Assembly (NCBI RefSeq): GCF_004376175.1
Contig: NZ_SNUY01000045.1
Location: 1 to 28,711, forward strand
Reading direction: 5' to 3'
Source: Halalkalibacterium halodurans
GTDB taxonomy: Bacteria; Bacillota; Bacilli; Bacillales; Bacillaceae_D
DNA: 28,711 nt
The notes under the pieces are model-generated. The model was given only the letters and a program-made list of their open reading frames with translations, had not been told where the DNA came from and made no database searches. Made by a program: the position numbers and the translations under genes. Position 1 is the first letter of the stretch. Each line of letters begins with the position of its first letter. Positions 1 through 5,238 of the stretch are shown here, one piece after another.

Positions 1-847
1 AAAAGAAAAGCGACATTATGTTCATCGAGGGAAAGAACCGTTTTGGGAGGGGCTTGAGACTTTTCTCATGGAGACGTTTGACTACGACCCTGCGGTGCAT
101 CGACTGGTCATTAATGGGGATGGAGCCACCTGGATCACCAGTTGTCGAGATTATTTTCAAGGGCGAGCCTTCTTTACGATTGATCGTTTCCATGTAGCAC
201 GTGATATTAGAAGATTGTTCAAAGGTCATCGGCGTTATCGGGCTATGCAGAAAGCCCTCGCAAAGTACGATGGAGAAACCCTCATGATAGAGCTAAACAG
301 TGCAGTGGGAACGCTTGAGACAGAAGCGAAAGAAGAGCGTTTAGAGGCGCTGATTCATCAGCTTGAGCAATACCCTGAAGCATTGGGAGATTATAGAGAA
401 TGGCTGAAAGATCAAGGAATTGATCCGACAGGGTTCCGTCCAATGGGAAGTGCCGAGGGAACGATGAGTGTCTTTGCGAAGCGTCTAAAAAATGGACGAA
501 GTTGGGTTGAAAAAGGTGCTAGTGCCATGATGACAGCGATGGTTGCGTTGATGGATAAAATTCCGCTCAAAACACTGATTGGTCGCGTTGAAAAATGGAC
601 AGAACCAAAAGAAGAACGTCCTCCAAAGTATTTTGTGGAGAAGGTAGAAAGTACAATTGGCGAAGCGACACGTAACAACGTCATGTATCTCAAACAAAGA
701 GCGAATATTCCAGTGTATCGAGCACTGAAAGACTTGAAAGGCTTTTAAAAACCATAAGATTCTAGACAGAGGAGAACCATAAATTCATAAATTCGCTTAC
801 ACTCATGAGGATGGAAAATACTCCTCCCACAAAAGGTTGACACAATC
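1..847 (+). mobile_element. 3' portion of an ISLre2-like insertion sequence (the rest lies left of the window)
   Basis: It carries the transposase ORF ending at 748. The right boundary is set at 847/848 because identity between the adjacent IS110-like remnant and the intact copy at 27565-27743 stops abruptly there. Confidence 0.45.
2..748 (+). CDS. Transposase, C-terminal part (ISLre2/UPF0236-like), 5'-truncated by the window edge
   Basis: ORF track 68..748. The same frame stays open back to nt 2 (KEKRHYVHRGKEPFWEGLETFL precedes the first Met). The motifs VINGDGATWI and IDRFHVARDI resemble ISLre2-family transposases from memory. Confidence 0.55.
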   Translation, partial: KEKRHYVHRGKEPFWEGLETFLMETFDYDPAVHRLVINGDGATWITSCRDYFQGRAFFTIDRFHVARDIRRLFKGHRRYRAMQKALAKYDGETLMIELNSAVGTLETEAKEERLEALIHQLEQYPEALGDYREWLKDQGIDPTGFRPMGSAEGTMSVFAKRLKNGRSWVEKGASAMMTAMVALMDKIPLKTLIGRVEKWTEPKEERPPKYFVEKVESTIGEATRNNVMYLKQRANIPVYRALKDLKGF

Positions 848-1012
848 GAGTTGATGGTGTGATTTGCGAGACTTTTTGATTTTGTGTATAATTCATTTCG
901 AGTCCTCCTTCGTACTAATTAAGGATCAGTAGCTACTGATACCTCGTATCGTACAGGAGGGCTCTTTCTGTTTCAAACCTCAAATTCTTTCATTACAGGA
1001 ATGCTCCTTTAT
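848..1012 (-). mobile_element. Truncated left end of an IS110-family element: non-coding end plus the first 16 codons of the transposase
   Basis: The reverse complement of 848-896 is 49/49 identical to 27695-27743 (ATGAATTATACACAAAATCAAAAAGTCTCGCAAATCACACCATCAACTC). The reverse complement of 897-1012 aligns with 27565-27694, except for scattered substitutions and one replaced hairpin. Confidence 0.8.
864..892 (+). promoter_or_regulatory. Candidate sigmaA promoter inside the IS110 remnant, pointing at the mini-array
   Basis: TTGCGA (864-869), a 17-nt spacer, then TATAAT (887-892). The first repeat of the mini-array starts at 1033. Confidence 0.4.
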
Positions 1013-1032
1013 GTTTTTTTAAATACTAAACC

Positions 1033-1316
1033 GTCGCACTCTACATGGGTGCGTGGATTGAAATTGCTACTTCATGCGGCTGCTACGGAGTGACGGCAAA
1101 GTCGCACTCTATATGAGTGCGTGGATTGAAATAATGTCTTGATTTTGCCATATGCCGTACCTGTGTAAGTCGCACTCTACACGAGTGCGTGGATTGAAAT
1201 CGTCAGCGTACGAAGATCCTTCATAGCCGTAGAAGTCGCACTCTACATGGGTGCGTGGATTGAAATTTTGATATTGCCGTATTTCTATCTCCGTTCGCTG
1301 CGTCGCACTCTACATA
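1033..1316 (+). CRISPR. Small I-C type CRISPR array: 4 variant repeats plus a truncated fifth
   Basis: 32-nt repeats start at 1033, 1101, 1169 and 1235. They read GTCGCACTCTACATGGGTGCGTGGATTGAAAT, with stem/loop variants TATATGAG and TACACGAG. Spacers are 36, 36, 34 and 35 nt. At 1302 only GTCGCACTCTACAT remains. Orientation matches the main array. Confidence 0.9.
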
Positions 1317-1436
1317 GCGCCCCTGCACCAACATCATCGAGCGGTGACACCCGATGACACCTAAAACTTTCATCATACGTGTCGCCATTCTCCATAAAGT
1401 GGCCCCTGTAAACAAGCGAACTTATACTCATGTGAA

Positions 1437-1480
1437 ATAACCTTTTCTCCTTTTAAACCGAGAGAAGGTTATTTGCTTTC
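1437..1480 (+). terminator. Candidate intrinsic terminator downstream of the mini-array
   Basis: ATAACCTTTTCTC (1437-1449) pairs with GAGAGAAGGTTAT (1460-1472) with one mismatch, and is followed by TTGCTTTCTC. Confidence 0.4.
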
Positions 1481-1659
1481 TCTATCTAAATTCCCATGCA
1501 TCTAATGAAAACGACCAAACACGGTGACTTCCCCAAATAAAAATGGGCCTCGCGAAATCGTTATAGTCTTTTACCCTACCTTTAGACCGCAACTAAAGGA
1601 CAATAAGCTAGAAAAAGAGGGAATTATGTCTATATTTTGATGATTTTTGGCGCATAGTC

Positions 1660-1668
1660 TGGTAAAAT
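1660..1668 (+). promoter_or_regulatory. Candidate extended -10 promoter for cas3
   Basis: TGgTAAAAT at 1660-1668, about 40 nt upstream of the cas3 ATG. No good -35 element is visible. Confidence 0.3.
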
Positions 1669-1706
1669 GTACATAATTAAGTAAATCTATTATAGGAGAT
1701 TCGATT

Positions 1707-4109
1707 ATGTACATTGCCCATATTCGAGAGGTTGATAAGGTGATTCAGACCCTTAAAGAGCACTTGTGCGGTGTCCAATGTTTAGCCGAAACGTTTGGAG
1801 CGAAATTGAGGTTACAACATGTAGCTGGATTGGCGGGGCTCCTCCACGATCTAGGGAAATACACGAATGAATTCAAAGATTATATCTATAAAGCTGTGTT
1901 TGAGCCCGAGTTAGCTGAGAAAAAGAGAGGTCAAGTTGACCATTCCACGGCAGGGGGCAGATTGTTATACCAAATGCTTCATGACAGAGAGAACTCCTTC
2001 CACGAAAAGCTTCTTGCCGAAGTTGTTGGTAATGCCATTATTTCACACCATTCTAACTTGCAAGACTACATTTCTCCCACCATAGAATCAAACTTCCTTA
2101 CGCGTGTTTTAGAAAAAGAACTGCCAGAATATGAGTCAGCGGTTGAGCGATTTTTTCAAGAGGTCATGACAGAAGCGGAATTGGCTAGGTATGTAGCTAA
2201 AGCGGTAGACGAAATAAAGCAGTTCACGGATAACAGCCCAACACAAAGCTTTTTCCTCACAAAATACATTTTCAGTTGTTTAATTGATGCGGATCGTACG
2301 AATAGTCGAATGTTTGATGAACAAGCTAGGGAAGAAGAACCGACTCAGCCTCAACAGTTGTTTGAGCACTATCATCAACAATTGCTCAACCATCTTGCTT
2401 CATTAAAAGAAAGCGACAGTGCGCAGAAACCAATTAATGTACTGCGGTCTGCTATGTCTGAGCAGTGCGAGTCATTTGCCATGCGGCCATCTGGTATTTA
2501 CACGCTATCCATTCCGACAGGGGGTGGGAAAACGCTGGCTAGCCTTCGCTACGCATTAAAACATGCTCAAGAATATAACAAACAGAGAATTATTTATATT
2601 GTTCCTTTTACTACAATCATAGAACAGAATGCCCAAGAAGTAAGAAACATCTTGGGAGATGACGAAAACATTTTAGAACATCATTCAAATGTAGTCGAAG
2701 ACAGCGAGAACGGTGACGAGCAAGAGGATGGAGTCATCACGAAAAAGGAGCGGCTGAGGCTCGCCCGAGACAATTGGGATCGCCCGATTATCTTTACCAC
2801 CCTTGTCCAATTCCTCAATGTTTTTTATGCGAAAGGTAACCGTAATACGCGGCGTTTACACAACTTAAGCCATTCCGTCTTAATTTTTGATGAAGTGCAG
2901 AAAGTACCGACCAAATGCGTTTCTCTTTTTAACGAAGCCCTTAACTTTCTTAAAGAGTTTGCACATTGCAGTATTCTTCTCTGTACAGCGACTCAACCTA
3001 CCCTCGAAAATGTAAAACATAGTCTCCTGAAAGACCGGGATGGGGAAATCGTGCAGAATTTGACTGAAGTCTCCGAAGCTTTTAAACGAGTTGAGATTCT
3101 AGATAAAACGGATCAGCCAATGACCAATGAGAGGTTAGCAGAATGGGTTAGAGACGAGGCGCCATCATGGGGCAGTACGCTCATCATTCTGAATACCAAA
3201 AAGGTTGTCAAAGACTTGTATGAAAAGCTAGAGGGTGGGCCTTTGCCAGTTTTCCATTTAAGTACATCGATGTGCGCTGCTCACCGCAAGGACCAGTTAG
3301 ATGAAATTCGGGCATTGCTTAAAGAAGGTACTCCGTTTATTTGCGTGACCACTCAATTGATTGAAGCAGGGGTCGACGTCAGCTTTAAATGTGTGATCCG
3401 CTCACTTGCTGGACTCGATTCAATTGCTCAAGCGGCTGGGAGATGCAATCGACATGGGGAAGAGCAGTTGCAATACGTATACGTGATTGATCATGCGGAG
3501 GAAACGTTATCGAAGTTGAAAGAAATTGAGGTTGGGCAGGAGATTGCCGGAAATGTCCTTGCCAGATTTAAAAAGAAGGCAGAGAAATATGAAGGGAATT
3601 TGCTCTCTCAAGCAGCAATGCGTGAATACTTTCGATATTACTACAGTAAAATGGACGCTAATTTAAATTACTTTGTCAAAGAAGTCGACAAAGACATGAC
3701 CAAGCTTTTGATGAGTCATGCTGTGGAAAATAGCTATGTCACCTACTATCAAAAAAAGACAGGTACTCATTTCCCTCTCTTATTAAATGGAAGCTATAAG
3801 ACGGCAGCTGACCATTTTCGCGTCATTGATCATAATACGACCTCGGCTATCGTCCCATACGGAGAAGGCCAGGACATTATTGCTCAATTAAACAGTGGAG
3901 AGTGGGTTGACGACTTATCAAAGGTGTTGAAAAAGGCGCAGCAGTATACAGTCACCCTTTATTCACAAGAAATTGACCAGTTAAAAAAGGAAGGCGCCAT
4001 CGTTATGCATTTGGACGGTATGGTGTATGAATTAAAGGAAAGCTGGTATAGCCACGAGTACGGAGTTGATTTCAAAGGAGAAGGCGGGATGGACTTTATG
4101 TCATGGTAA
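1707..4109 (+). CDS. cas3: Cas3 HD nuclease / SF2 helicase
   Basis: 800-aa ORF. It has an N-terminal HD region (HDLGKY, ISHHSNL, DADRTNS), Walker A-like PTGGGKT and an FDEVQ box. The SD GGAG lies 8 nt before the ATG, and it is the first gene of a I-C cas operon. Confidence 0.95.
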   Translation: MYIAHIREVDKVIQTLKEHLCGVQCLAETFGAKLRLQHVAGLAGLLHDLGKYTNEFKDYIYKAVFEPELAEKKRGQVDHSTAGGRLLYQMLHDRENSFHEKLLAEVVGNAIISHHSNLQDYISPTIESNFLTRVLEKELPEYESAVERFFQEVMTEAELARYVAKAVDEIKQFTDNSPTQSFFLTKYIFSCLIDADRTNSRMFDEQAREEEPTQPQQLFEHYHQQLLNHLASLKESDSAQKPINVLRSAMSEQCESFAMRPSGIYTLSIPTGGGKTLASLRYALKHAQEYNKQRIIYIVPFTTIIEQNAQEVRNILGDDENILEHHSNVVEDSENGDEQEDGVITKKERLRLARDNWDRPIIFTTLVQFLNVFYAKGNRNTRRLHNLSHSVLIFDEVQKVPTKCVSLFNEALNFLKEFAHCSILLCTATQPTLENVKHSLLKDRDGEIVQNLTEVSEAFKRVEILDKTDQPMTNERLAEWVRDEAPSWGSTLIILNTKKVVKDLYEKLEGGPLPVFHLSTSMCAAHRKDQLDEIRALLKEGTPFICVTTQLIEAGVDVSFKCVIRSLAGLDSIAQAAGRCNRHGEEQLQYVYVIDHAEETLSKLKEIEVGQEIAGNVLARFKKKAEKYEGNLLSQAAMREYFRYYYSKMDANLNYFVKEVDKDMTKLLMSHAVENSYVTYYQKKTGTHFPLLLNGSYKTAADHFRVIDHNTTSAIVPYGEGQDIIAQLNSGEWVDDLSKVLKKAQQYTVTLYSQEIDQLKKEGAIVMHLDGMVYELKESWYSHEYGVDFKGEGGMDFMSW

Positions 4110-4113
4110 AAGA

Positions 4114-4133
4114 CCTATCTTATTGCAGATAGG
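4114..4133. terminator. 7-bp hairpin just after the cas3 stop. On the minus strand it is followed by UCUUUU.
   Basis: CCTATCT (4114-4120), loop TATTGC, AGATAGG (4127-4133). The plus-strand tail is CTTTCGT and the minus-strand tail is TCTTTTA. Confidence 0.4.
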
Positions 4134-4154
4134 CTTTCGTACATACTTATTATT

Positions 4155-4186
4155 ACTTCAATCCACGCACTCGTATAGAGTGCGAC
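4155..4186 (-). repeat. Solitary CRISPR repeat in inverted orientation between cas3 and cas5
   Basis: The minus strand reads GTCGCACTCTATACGAGTGCGTGGATTGAAGT, 27/32 identical to the array repeat. The stem CGCACTC/GAGTGCG is intact and the 11-nt handle is 10/11. Confidence 0.9.
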
Positions 4187-4269
4187 ATCATGCTGTGGAA
4201 GTTATTCATTGCTCAAGCTCAATCCCTAATTAAGAATTAATTTATGACAATTGAATCAGATTAGAACTT

Positions 4270-4298
4270 ATTCTAAAAAATTTGGATTGATTTTTCAA
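4270..4298 (-). promoter_or_regulatory. Candidate sigmaA promoter for the antisense crRNA-like RNA
   Basis: On the minus strand: TTGAAA (4298->4293), a 17-nt spacer, then TAGAAT (4275->4270). Confidence 0.45.
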
Positions 4299-4317
4299 TA
4301 AAAAGTAAGTACGTACG
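4294..4317 (+). promoter_or_regulatory. Candidate Cascade binding site: TTC PAM plus a partial protospacer matching the crRNA-like RNA
   Basis: TTC lies at 4294-4296. Then 4297-4317, AATAAAAAGTAAGTACGTACG, is compared with the guide AATAATAAGTATGTACGAAAG. The mismatches are at positions 6, 12, 18 and 20. Confidence 0.55.
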
Positions 4318-4365
4318 TTTCCCACCTTGACTGCATATATTTAGTGCAGAGAGGAGGAAAAAAGA

Positions 4366-4443
4366 ATGATAACAGTTCTAATTAGCGTAAAAATCGAGAT
4401 TCTCTACCCAAAAATTTTATTACGAATAGTAAAAGCAATCTAA
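4366..4443 (+). CDS. 25-codon micro-ORF (MITVLISVKIEILYPKILLRIVKAI) with a consensus SD. Function unknown; it may not be translated.
   Basis: AGGAGG at 4352-4357 sits 8 nt before the ATG at 4366, and TAA is at 4441-4443. The ORF is too short for the ORF track. Confidence 0.3.
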   Translation: MITVLISVKIEILYPKILLRIVKAI

Positions 4444-4460
4444 AAGAGAATTTCTGAGAA

Positions 4461-4500
4461 TATCGCAGTCTGATTAAAGGAATACATTCAGGCTGCGATA
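4461..4500 (+). other. Hairpin immediately upstream of the cas5 SD
   Basis: TATCGCAGTCTGA (4461-4473) pairs with TTCAGGCTGCGATA (4487-4500) with one mismatch. No U-run follows, and the cas5 SD AGGAGG starts at 4510. Confidence 0.3.
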
Positions 4501-4517
4501 CCCCATAAAGGAGGTGA

Positions 4518-5237
<720 letters not shown>

Positions 5238-5238
5238 A

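Larger units (their letters stand above)
4110..4263 (-). ncRNA. Candidate crRNA-like (CreA/CreR-like) RNA: decayed repeat, 29-nt spacer-like segment, good repeat, 21-nt spacer-like segment, hairpin
   Basis: The promoter at 4298->4270 predicts a start near 4263. A decayed repeat lies at 4248->4216 (GTC...GGGATTGAGCT) and the good repeat at 4186->4155. A hairpin plus U-run lies at 4133->4110. The ends are predicted, not observed. Confidence 0.5.

Noticed and set aside
1267-1668. A possible match between mini-array spacer 4 (TTTGATATTGCCG...) and the cas3 promoter region (TTTTGATGATTTTTGG).
   Set aside because: Only 6 consecutive nt match, there is no TTC, and there is no 6-nt periodic pattern.
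3716-4200. 13-nt exact identity TCATGCTGTGGAA between cas3 codons (3716-3728) and the spacer-like segment between the two antisense repeats (4188-4200).
   Set aside because: The match lies at the PAM-distal end of that segment, and the position where a PAM would be reads GTA, not TTC. It is therefore not a Cascade site. It may be chance or an old self-derived spacer. RNA-RNA pairing with the cas3 mRNA cannot be excluded, but nothing else supports it.
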